This document shows positions 20,378-28,980 of a stretch of DNA of 64,000 nt, one piece after another. This DNA is from Promethearchaeia archaeon (GTDB lineage Archaea > Asgardarchaeota > Lokiarchaeia > Sigyniarchaeales > SOKP01). The notes under the pieces were generated by a model, which was not told where the DNA came from, did no database searches, and was given only the letters and a program-made list of their open reading frames with translations. The stretch lies in the NCBI GenBank assembly GCA_029856045.1, contig JAHQWG010000028.1, forward strand, positions 96,001-160,000, read 5' to 3'. The translations under genes were made by a program, and so were the position numbers. Within the stretch, counting starts at the first letter, position 1; each line of letters starts with the position of its first letter.

Positions 20378-20763
20378 AGTTAGAAGGAAGAAAAATTTAT
20401 AAAGGAACTGCTGAGGCAGAAGCAATTGTAACAAAAGATGGTATTTCATTTTATGGTGGCGTTGACCCTGATACTGGTAAAGTTGTCGAGGTTGGACATG
20501 AACTTGAAGGTCAATCCATAACAGGAAAAGTTTTAGTCTTTCCTACTGGTAAGGGTTCAACTGTAGGGTCATACACAATGTATAGAATGAAAAAAAAAAA
20601 TACGGCACCAGTAGCAATCGTAAACAAACAAATAGATACAATCGTAGCAGTAGGTTGCATAATTAGTGAAATTCCTTGTGTAGATAAAATTAATATTAAT
20701 AATATTAAAACCGGACAAAAAGTTATTGTTAATGGTTCCGAAGGTACTGTGGAGGTGAAATAA
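20374..20763 (+). CDS. DUF126 aconitase X swivel subunit; likely phosphomevalonate dehydratase small subunit
   Basis: ISFYGGVDP.TG, GKVLVFP.GKGSTVGSY; 4-nt overlap with the large subunit gene. Confidence 0.9.
   Translation: MKLEGRKIYKGTAEAEAIVTKDGISFYGGVDPDTGKVVEVGHELEGQSITGKVLVFPTGKGSTVGSYTMYRMKKKNTAPVAIVNKQIDTIVAVGCIISEIPCVDKININNIKTGQKVIVNGSEGTVEVK
20751..20758 (+). promoter_or_regulatory. Shine-Dalgarno site for mvk
   Basis: GGAGGTGA ends 5 nt before ACG at 20764. Confidence 0.7.
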
Positions 20764-21730
20764 ACGGGAACTGGAAAAGGATATGGAAAGACCATCCTTT
20801 TTGGCGAAATTTTTTTCCCACTTCGGGGATAAACGCAATCATTTTGTGGTTTATGGTCTTCCCGCAATCGCATCGGCGTTAGGCGCTAATACAATCGCAG
20901 AAGTTAAAGTTGTTGAGGGACAAGGGTGGACTGTTGTCGATCAGAGACCCGCTACGACCGGCTATAAAAAAAAGAAATATGATGAAGGAATGCAATCAAT
21001 TAAAAATGTAATCAAGCATTTAAAAATAGATACAGAGAGTCAAAAACTTGGAATAACTTTTGCTGGAGATTTAATTGCTGCGAGTGGAGTTGGTGCTTCA
21101 GCGGCTCAATGTACATCACTAGCTCGGGCTTTAAACGACAGCTTTAATCTAAATTTAGACGATGAAAAGATAAATGAAGCTGCGTATGAAGGAGAGAAAG
21201 CATATCACGGAACCCCATCTGGTATTGACAACACAGCTTCAACTTATGGAGGATTGATTTGGTTTGTGAAAAACTTGAATGGTGGGAAAAATACTATGGA
21301 CCTCTTGCAATCACCAATAAAAATGCCATTAATAATCGCTAATTCAGGAATAACTGCTTCTACGATAGAAGTAGTTGCTGATGTTCGGCGTTTAAAAGAT
21401 AAAAATCCTAATAAATTTGAGAAAATTTTTAAGGAATATAAAGAAATAGCAGATAAAGCAAAAATGGCCTTACTTGAAGGAAATATTATTTCTTTAGGTA
21501 ATTTAATGAATCAAAACCACAAATTACTCCAAGAAATTACGGTTTCAGGAGAAATAAATGATAAATTAGTTCAAATAGCGTTAAAAAATGGAGCGATTGG
21601 TGCTAAAATGACAGGAACCGGGCGTGGTGGTTTAGTAATTGCTTTAGCTGAAAATAAAGAAATACAAGAAAAAATAGCCAAGGCAATCGAAAAAGGGGGT
21701 TATGATGCCTGGAAAACCATAATTGGATGA
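20764..21730 (+). CDS. mvk: mevalonate kinase; proposed spliced CDS join(20764..20808,20840..21730), 311 aa, ACG start
   Basis: exon 1 reads (M)GTGKGYGKTILFGE and exon 2 reads HFVVYGLPAIA; downstream SGVGASAA, HGTPSGIDN, GAKMTGTGRGG; SD GGAGGTGA at 20751-20758. Gene identity is secure, the splice model is inferred. Confidence 0.85.
20809..20839 (+). other. candidate 31-nt bulge-helix-bulge-type intron in mvk
   Basis: insert ATTTTTTTCCCACTTCGGGGATAAACGCAAT lies between GAA (Glu) and CAT (His) of the conserved GEH motif; folds as a hairpin with both junctions in 3-nt bulges. Confidence 0.65.
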
Positions 21731-21742
21731 GATTGATTTAAA

Positions 21743-22552
21743 TTGAATAACAATAATGAAATTTATCTATTGAAGTTAGGTGGAAGTTTATTAACTGATA
21801 AAAATAGACCCTTTTCTATTAGGAAAAATGTTGTTAAAAGCGCAGTTCAACAAATTATAGATGCTAATGAAAAATTAATATTAATTCATGGAGGAGGTTC
21901 GTTTGGCCATCCTCTTGCAAAAAAATACAACCTTTCAAAAGGAATAGATGCATCGATTCAAAATCAAATTCTTGGACTTACTGAAACTCACCAATCAATG
22001 AACAAATTCAATTCCTATTTAATTAATCAATTTTTAGAAAAAAAATATCCTGTATTATCAATTCAAGCTTCCAGCATTTTCATCAAAGATTCTCAAAATA
22101 TCTCAACTCAATCGATTAATGTTATTGAAACCGCCTTAGATCTTGATATTTTACCTATTTTGTATGGAGATATAATCCTTGATTCAAAGGGGTCATTCTC
22201 AATTATTTCTGGGGACCAAATCATCGTTGAATTATGTGAAAAAATTAAAAAGTATAATATCTTTAAAGTTATTTTCGCTATTGAAAAAGATGGATTATTC
22301 ATTAAAGAAAGAGTTAATAGCAAATTGAATATAAAACTGGCGAGAGAATTAAAATTCGAAGATTTAGATATAATTGAAATCGCTGATTTAGAAAGTAAAA
22401 TTGATGTAACAGGCGGAATTAAAGGTAAAATTAATAAAATCAAACAAATTTGTCAACAAAATATTCCCGTTCAAATAATAAATGGTTTAAAAGATGAATT
22501 TATACTTAAAGCATTAAAAAATCAAAATATTATTTCAACCAAAATAAAATGA
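21743..22552 (+). CDS. ipk: isopentenyl phosphate kinase
   Basis: LKLGGSLLTDK, IHGGGSFGH, YGD, SGDQI, DVTGGIKGK; mevalonate operon context. Confidence 0.9.
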   Translation: MNNNNEIYLLKLGGSLLTDKNRPFSIRKNVVKSAVQQIIDANEKLILIHGGGSFGHPLAKKYNLSKGIDASIQNQILGLTETHQSMNKFNSYLINQFLEKKYPVLSIQASSIFIKDSQNISTQSINVIETALDLDILPILYGDIILDSKGSFSIISGDQIIVELCEKIKKYNIFKVIFAIEKDGLFIKERVNSKLNIKLARELKFEDLDIIEIADLESKIDVTGGIKGKINKIKQICQQNIPVQIINGLKDEFILKALKNQNIISTKIK

Positions 22553-22562
22553 GCAAAGAATT

Positions 22563-23645
22563 ATGAATGAAAATGATATAAATAAGAGAAAACTGGATCA
22601 TCTAAAAATCCCAATTGAGGAGGATGTTCAACATTCTGAAAATTACTTCAAATATATTAAATTAATGCATCATTCTCTCCCTGAGGTAAATTTTGAAGAT
22701 ATCGATTTAACTACAAAATTTTTTGATAAACAAATATCGGCACCTATTTGTATTGCGGCTATAACTGGCGGACATGAAATTTCTAAAGAAATCAATAGGA
22801 TTCTTGCTACAGCCGCAGAATCAGAGAAAATCATAATGGGAGTGGGTAGTCAACGTGCTGGATTAGAAGATCTATCAACAGAGAACTCCTTTAAAGTGGT
22901 TCGAGAAGTTGCGCCTAATATTCCACTAATTGGAAATATTGGTATAGGGCAAATAAGTGAGAAAAATTTCAAAATTGAAAATTTTAAAAAATGCATTGAT
23001 ATGATTAACGCTAACGTAATGGCAATACATTTCAATGCTTTACATGAATTAGTTCAGGATAATGGGAATATCTCATATAATCTTTTCCGTTCAAATTTTC
23101 AAAAAATAAGAGAAAATATTAAGATTCCAATAATAGCAAAAGAAGTTGGAACTGGAATTAGTAAAGAAATGGCTTTAACACTTGAAAATCTCGGATTTGA
23201 TGGATTTGATGTAGGGGGTTCAGGTGGAACAAGTTTTGCTGCAATTGAATCAAAGCGAAAGAGTTATGTCGTTGAAAAATATTCACGTAACCCAGCAGAT
23301 CTTTTTAAAGATTGGGGAATACCAACTCCTGTAAGTATAATTAATGTAAGGAAAGTTTCAAATAAATTTATTATTGCGACCGGTGGACTTAGAAATGGAG
23401 TTGATATTGCTAAATCCATTATTTTAGGTGCTGATATTGGCGGATTTGCTTATAATTTCCTAGTATCTGCGTGGAAAGATTATCAAAATGATACTATTAG
23501 CAATACCATAAAGGAAATTAGAACTTTAAAGCATGAGATACGCTCTTGTCTATGGTTAATGAATTTAAAGAATATAAATGAATTAAAGAATAGTTCTAAT
23601 AAAAGAGTTATTCTTGGTATATTATATGAGTGGTTAAATCAATAA
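22563..23645 (+). CDS. fni: type 2 isopentenyl-diphosphate delta-isomerase (FMN-dependent)
   Basis: RKLDHL, ITGG, GVGSQR, GNIG, HFNALHE, KEVGTG, GGTSFAAIE, WGIPT. Confidence 0.93.
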   Translation: MNENDINKRKLDHLKIPIEEDVQHSENYFKYIKLMHHSLPEVNFEDIDLTTKFFDKQISAPICIAAITGGHEISKEINRILATAAESEKIIMGVGSQRAGLEDLSTENSFKVVREVAPNIPLIGNIGIGQISEKNFKIENFKKCIDMINANVMAIHFNALHELVQDNGNISYNLFRSNFQKIRENIKIPIIAKEVGTGISKEMALTLENLGFDGFDVGGSGGTSFAAIESKRKSYVVEKYSRNPADLFKDWGIPTPVSIINVRKVSNKFIIATGGLRNGVDIAKSIILGADIGGFAYNFLVSAWKDYQNDTISNTIKEIRTLKHEIRSCLWLMNLKNINELKNSSNKRVILGILYEWLNQ

Positions 23646-23651
23646 TTCTGC

Positions 23652-24719
23652 TTAAAACTTACGCTCAATGACATATTTTAGTAAATTTTCAAAAAATTCT
23701 GCCTCAGATTGATTAATATTTGGAATTAACTCATCAAGCTGAATCCTAGCAATTTTAGCATAATCATTTACTAGGTTCTTACAAGAATATACAGTCTCAG
23801 CTTCAAGAAATAAATCCTTGACTTCTTGAATTTCCTCATCTTTTATATCAGGATTTCCAATTAAATCAAGGATCTTTTCTTTTTTATTGTAATCTAATTT
23901 TTCAAGAGCATCTATTAACAAACAAGTTTTCTTACCTTCCCTTATATCTCCATTTGTAGGTTTTCCAGTAATTTTTTCATCTCCAAAAGTTCCTAATATA
24001 TCATCGGTCATTTGAAAGATGATTCCTAGATTAATCGCATATTTAGAGATGTTTTGAAGAAATTTATCCTCAACTCTAGCATAATTCGCGCCAATTAACA
24101 TTGCTTTTTCTATTAATGCACTGGTTTTTAATGAAATCATTTCAATATATTCTTGCATTCGTAAAGATTCTCGATTTACCATGTCTAATTCGATTAATAC
24201 ACCATTACTGATCTCTTTAAATGCCTGTTCATAATATTTAATAGCTGTAAGATTTTGGTCGAGATTAAACTCATTATCAAAAAAAGCTTCTAAACCAAAA
24301 AAGAACGCTGAATCTCCACCTATAATCCCTATAGAATTACCATAATCTTCTTTATTCATTTTTTGAAACGTTAACTTCGAATAGTATTGTTTAAATCTAT
24401 AATGAAATGCGGGACAATTTCGCCTAAAATCATCCTTATCTATAATATCATCATGAATTAATGAAGCGTTATGAAGAAATTCTACACCTACACTGGGAGA
24501 AACAATCTTATCATCTCTTTCGAGGTTAAATGCGTTATATGTAGCAATGCAAATCAAAGGTCGTAAACGTTTTCCACCAACTAAAAAATAATCCATTAAC
24601 TCTTGATAATAATCTTTTAAAAATGGATTCTTTACCTCATTTAACTTCTTTTCATAAATTCTCTTTATCGCATTATTGATTTTAGGCTTGTACATATTCA
24701 AATATTCTGGAACTTTCAT
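23652..24719 (-). CDS. trans-polyprenyl diphosphate synthase (GGPP synthase family)
   Basis: GGKRLRP, LIHDDIIDKDDFRR (first Asp-rich motif), KT, FQMTDDILG (second Asp-rich motif), DIREGKKT. Confidence 0.92.
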   Translation of the reverse strand: MKVPEYLNMYKPKINNAIKRIYEKKLNEVKNPFLKDYYQELMDYFLVGGKRLRPLICIATYNAFNLERDDKIVSPSVGVEFLHNASLIHDDIIDKDDFRRNCPAFHYRFKQYYSKLTFQKMNKEDYGNSIGIIGGDSAFFFGLEAFFDNEFNLDQNLTAIKYYEQAFKEISNGVLIELDMVNRESLRMQEYIEMISLKTSALIEKAMLIGANYARVEDKFLQNISKYAINLGIIFQMTDDILGTFGDEKITGKPTNGDIREGKKTCLLIDALEKLDYNKKEKILDLIGNPDIKDEEIQEVKDLFLEAETVYSCKNLVNDYAKIARIQLDELIPNINQSEAEFFENLLKYVIERKF

Positions 24720-25031
24720 AATTTCAATATTTCAACTTGTAATGAATCAATATAGTAAATATTAATTAAAGAAATATTATTAAAAGAATCTAAATATTTT
24801 TATATTTTTTCAGAACTTTAAGCGTTTAAATTTTTAAAAGTTATTAAATAATTTTATTTATTTTTTCTTGATTTTTTTTTTCTTAAAGTGAGAATGTATA
24901 TTAGTTAAGAAAATGTGAAAGAAATTACGTAAGTAAATAGAAGAAAAAGTTTTACTTTTTTATAAAAAAAAATTATGTTTATAAATAATAATGACTCCAT
25001 ATTAGATAGAAAAACCAATGGTGGATAATTT

Positions 25032-25355
25032 ATGATAAATAATAAAAATGAATGGAATCAATTAAAATTAAATTTAATTAAGGCAGATGCTAATTCTAGA
25101 AAAAATATTTCAAAAGCCATATTAAAATCCTTAAGAAAAGAATTAATTGAAAAATTAAATAAGAAACTAGACATACTTAAGGGAAAATTTTTTAATATTG
25201 ATTTCGATTCTAAAACTAAAACCTATTCTATGTATGATCCCACCATCACTGAGAAATATTGTGATATTGTCGGTGAAGATGAAATTAGCTTTTTTTTAGA
25301 AGCATTATTATATGAATATATTGGGTTATATGAATCACGAAGAGTAAGAATCTAA
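25032..25355 (+). CDS. hypothetical protein
   Basis: 107-aa ORF, no motif recognised. Confidence 0.5.
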   Translation: MINNKNEWNQLKLNLIKADANSRKNISKAILKSLRKELIEKLNKKLDILKGKFFNIDFDSKTKTYSMYDPTITEKYCDIVGEDEISFFLEALLYEYIGLYESRRVRI

Positions 25356-25520
25356 AAAATAAAGCAAGGTACTCTCTTTTTACTTCATTTCAAGTGTTAA
25401 TTTTATTAGAAAATTGATTATATTATAATATTATAAGTCCAAAGAATTACTAGTTAACACTTATACTTGGGAAAGCGCTACTTGGTTGTTCTAAACACTA
25501 TATATTCATTAAAAAAGTGA

Positions 25521-25727
25521 AAAAAAGAGAAACAGATAAAAATTGCAACTCTAGCCATAGCACATGGTGGAAATATACGATTAGGAACTGAAGATTATCC
25601 TTTTATTAAGAAGTGGATTCCTGCAAAAGATAAAGCCGAACTTATAGCTCGAATGGTAAGAATATGTAAAGAAATGGGACGAGAAATTGCAGATCCATTG
25701 GATGCACAGAAAATTTTAGGGGTCTAA
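25521..25727 (+). pseudogene. C-terminal remnant of a beta-keto acid cleavage enzyme (Kce/DUF849 family)
   Basis: startless frame IATLAIAHGGNIRLGTEDYPFI...AELIARMVRICKEMGREIADPLDAQKILGV*; in-frame TGA at 25518 just upstream. Confidence 0.75.
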
Positions 25728-25849
25728 TCTAATTGTCGGTTTATCAAATTTTATTGGTATAAGAAAAAAAAATTTATATATTTTTATCTTAAGTGAAATT
25801 ATCATTAATAAGAATTTATTAAATTAAATTTAAATAAAGAGTTAAAAGT

Positions 25850-27328
25850 ATGAAAATTCAAATAGTATTTATTGGTAAACCTCAATGGGAGGCTGGCTGG
25901 CCTTATTTAGGATATGATAATGAACCTTTGAGAACATCCATTCTCAACCATCTAAACAAGAAATATCCTAAAGTTGAGTTTAGCCAGAGTGAAATGGTTT
26001 CAACTGACGATGAGCAATTAGTTAAGAAAATCAAAGAAGATATTTTTAACGCAGATGGGATATTAATCTATACCATTGGTCACTATGGTGAGCCAGCAAT
26101 AGTAAAAGCAGGCATAGAATTTATCGAAATTGGGAAACCTACAATTTTAGCAAATTATATCTATGGGGGAGATCATACATTTACAAAAATTTACACCACA
26201 ATAAAAGATAAGAATTTACCTGTAATTCCTATATCTTCACAAAATATTGAAGATTTTGATAAACAAATTGAAAATATGATTAATATCCTAAATATTAAAG
26301 GAAAGAAAGTCTTAGTTTATGCCACCGATTCAAAAAAGATAAATTGGGAGGGACTTTTGGGATTGGTAAATCCAGAAAGGAAAAAAGTTTTGAAAGAACA
26401 TCCAGAATTCATTGAACAAATTGGAAAAATGAGAGAGGGAGAATCTGAATTGTATCTCGATTTAATTGGACTTGACCAAGCACATCAATGGAGAAGAGAT
26501 GAGGATAAATACAAAGAAAATCTTAAAAAGATTTTTGGAATTGAGATGATAAGAGAAAATCCAGAAGACATTAGAAAGTATTATGATGAAATAAGTGAAG
26601 AAAAAGCTACCAAAATTGCAGAGAAATGGATTAAAAATGCAAGAGAGATTGAACCTACTGAAAAAACCATTTTAAATTCTGCAAAATTATATCTGGCGTT
26701 TAAAAATATCTTAAAAGAAAAGAAATACGATTTTGTTGCTCCTGACTGCGGAACTCTTCTTATAAGTGGTATTTTTCCAGCTTATCCTTGCATGGCTTTC
26801 TTCGAATTAAGTAATGAAGGTCTTTATGGAATTTGCGAATCGGACATGGATTCTGCTACAAGTTATATTTTTGGTTTATATTTAACTGGACGACCGGGAT
26901 ATGTTTCAAATCATGCTCTTGATTTAGTCAATAATCAAGTTACTTACATGCATTGTCTTGCTCCAAATAAATTATATGGTGTCGATGACCCTTCTGCCGA
27001 ATATGATATTGTATATCACGGAGAAACTGGATTTTTAGGAGCGACTCCTCGCGTTAAATTCCCAATAGGAGAGATTGCAACAACGATAAAAATCAGTGTA
27101 TTTGAAAAAAAAATTGCCATCCGTCAAGGAAAGATTATAGATAATGTCGTAGATAAAAAAGGATGCACCTCGAAGATGCTTGTAGAAAGTGATGTGAAAG
27201 CGATTTTGGAAAATTATGACTGGGAGACCTTTGGCTGGCATAGAGTAACTTTTATTGGAGACTGGAAAGAAAAATTTGTAATTGGCGCTAAATTGCTTGG
27301 ATTAGATGTTATAGAAGAAGATAAATAA
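25850..27328 (+). CDS. L-fucose/L-arabinose isomerase-like protein
   Basis: YPCMAF...CESDMDS, MHC, C-terminal GWHRVTFIGDW...LLG; sugar transporters downstream. Confidence 0.7.
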   Translation: MKIQIVFIGKPQWEAGWPYLGYDNEPLRTSILNHLNKKYPKVEFSQSEMVSTDDEQLVKKIKEDIFNADGILIYTIGHYGEPAIVKAGIEFIEIGKPTILANYIYGGDHTFTKIYTTIKDKNLPVIPISSQNIEDFDKQIENMINILNIKGKKVLVYATDSKKINWEGLLGLVNPERKKVLKEHPEFIEQIGKMREGESELYLDLIGLDQAHQWRRDEDKYKENLKKIFGIEMIRENPEDIRKYYDEISEEKATKIAEKWIKNAREIEPTEKTILNSAKLYLAFKNILKEKKYDFVAPDCGTLLISGIFPAYPCMAFFELSNEGLYGICESDMDSATSYIFGLYLTGRPGYVSNHALDLVNNQVTYMHCLAPNKLYGVDDPSAEYDIVYHGETGFLGATPRVKFPIGEIATTIKISVFEKKIAIRQGKIIDNVVDKKGCTSKMLVESDVKAILENYDWETFGWHRVTFIGDWKEKFVIGAKLLGLDVIEEDK

Positions 27329-27462
27329 ATAGATTTTGATATAACTTTTTGAATCTATGCCCAAATGAATAATCCTTAAAAAACCAGAAAATCTTAAATA
27401 TTGCCTAATCTGATTTGGAAATAACTTTATATACTCAGAGAATTAAATTTAATTTGATTACT

Positions 27463-28824
27463 ATGAATGAAAAAAAAGTAAAAGATAAAGTACATTCTTT
27501 AAGCGGACATCTTCTGTATTCTCTGGGAGCTATTCCTTCATCACTTCCATATCAAATAGTAGGTTCTTTTATTGTATTGTTTTATCAAGTAACAATTGGA
27601 CTTGATCCTCTTCTATTTGGTACTTTATGGGTAATTTATGGTATCTGGAATGCAATTAATGATCCTTTAGCTGGGTATTTAATGGATAAAAAGGTGACTA
27701 AATGGGGTCGTCGAGTTCCATACATTATCGTTGGAACTATTCCTTTTACTGTTGGATTTATGCTTTTATGGTGGGTTCCATGGACAGATCAGATAGCTAT
27801 ATTTTTTCATGCTTTACTAATGCTATTTTTATTCGACCTTGGTTTCACATTGGCAATGACTGCTTGGTCTGCATTGTACACGGAAATGTATGAAGATGAA
27901 GCAGAAAGAGCAACAATGGTAGCTATGAAAGATACCTTTGCGTTTATGTCAGGTATGGTTGGTGTTATAATAGCTCCTATGGTTGCTTCAGCTACTAATT
28001 GGACACTGACAGGTATAATTTTTGGATTAACAATACCAATCTCTATGTATTTATCACTTCTCGGAACTGAAGAAAGAAAAGAGTATCAAATAGATAAACC
28101 TTTATCATATATTCCTGCATTTAAAGAGACTCTTACGAATAAGCCATTCTTAATTATTACATTGACATATGCAATTACTGACACTGTATTTGGCTTAACC
28201 ATGATGGTTCTTCCTCTTTATGCTTTATTTGTTCTGGAAGTGGAAGAAGGATTGGTTGGTGTTGGTCTCTTGGGAATCGCATTAGGAATTCTTATTAGTG
28301 TGCTATTTTGGAGATGGATGTATGCAAAAAAAGGACCAAAATATGGATTACTCCTATCACTGGGAATATTTACGGCAACAATTTGGCCTATTTTTCTTGT
28401 AAATGATTTTACCATGCTAATACTTATAACAATCATACCAGGTTTTGGAGTAGGTGGAATGTTGATGACTGAACCAGCAGTCAGCGCAGCGATTGATTAT
28501 GATGAATTGAAAACTGGAAAAAGACGTGAAGGAACGTATAACGGAGTTTTTGGATTTATAGTAAGGTTATCTCTTGTGTTCACGGCTGTAACTCTAGCAA
28601 CTGTTCAAATATTTACTGGCTTTGAATCGGGAGCAGACACTCAATCACCCACTGCTTTATTCGGTTTAACATTATTAATGTCACTAGTTCCTGTTCTTGG
28701 AGGATTATGTGCCTTAATAGCTTTTAAATTCTTCCCAATAAACTACAAAAATTTCTGCGAACAACAAGAAAAACTAAAGGTTCTTCATGAAAAACGATTA
28801 ACTGAATTAGAAAAAACTCAATAA
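27463..28824 (+). CDS. MFS transporter, GPH/MelB-like family
   Basis: WNAINDPLAGYLMD...WGRRVPY, IDYDELKTGKRREGTY; ATG at 27463 preferred over TTG at 27415. Confidence 0.9.
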   Translation: MNEKKVKDKVHSLSGHLLYSLGAIPSSLPYQIVGSFIVLFYQVTIGLDPLLFGTLWVIYGIWNAINDPLAGYLMDKKVTKWGRRVPYIIVGTIPFTVGFMLLWWVPWTDQIAIFFHALLMLFLFDLGFTLAMTAWSALYTEMYEDEAERATMVAMKDTFAFMSGMVGVIIAPMVASATNWTLTGIIFGLTIPISMYLSLLGTEERKEYQIDKPLSYIPAFKETLTNKPFLIITLTYAITDTVFGLTMMVLPLYALFVLEVEEGLVGVGLLGIALGILISVLFWRWMYAKKGPKYGLLLSLGIFTATIWPIFLVNDFTMLILITIIPGFGVGGMLMTEPAVSAAIDYDELKTGKRREGTYNGVFGFIVRLSLVFTAVTLATVQIFTGFESGADTQSPTALFGLTLLMSLVPVLGGLCALIAFKFFPINYKNFCEQQEKLKVLHEKRLTELEKTQ

Positions 28825-28980
28825 ATCATTAATCTAAAATTTTTTTTTCTTTTTTTAATAAACGGGAGCTATAATTAATATTTAATCAAAAATTTCTTAT
28901 GGTCATTTACAGAATTTTTATTAGTTTATTTATTCTACAATTAATTAAAAAGATTTTTATGAATAATATGTGAAAAAATT

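Noticed and set aside
20783-20839. ORF-track N-terminus of mevalonate kinase (MERPSFLAKFFSHFGDKRN)
   Set aside because: Not homologous to GHMP kinases. The true motif GKTILFGE is in another frame, and the SD points to 20764.
20809-20839. The mvk insert as a MITE/IS footprint or a ribosomal frameshift site
   Set aside because: No clear target-site duplication. A frameshift at the T run would still leave about 10 extra residues inside the conserved GEH motif. Not fully excluded.
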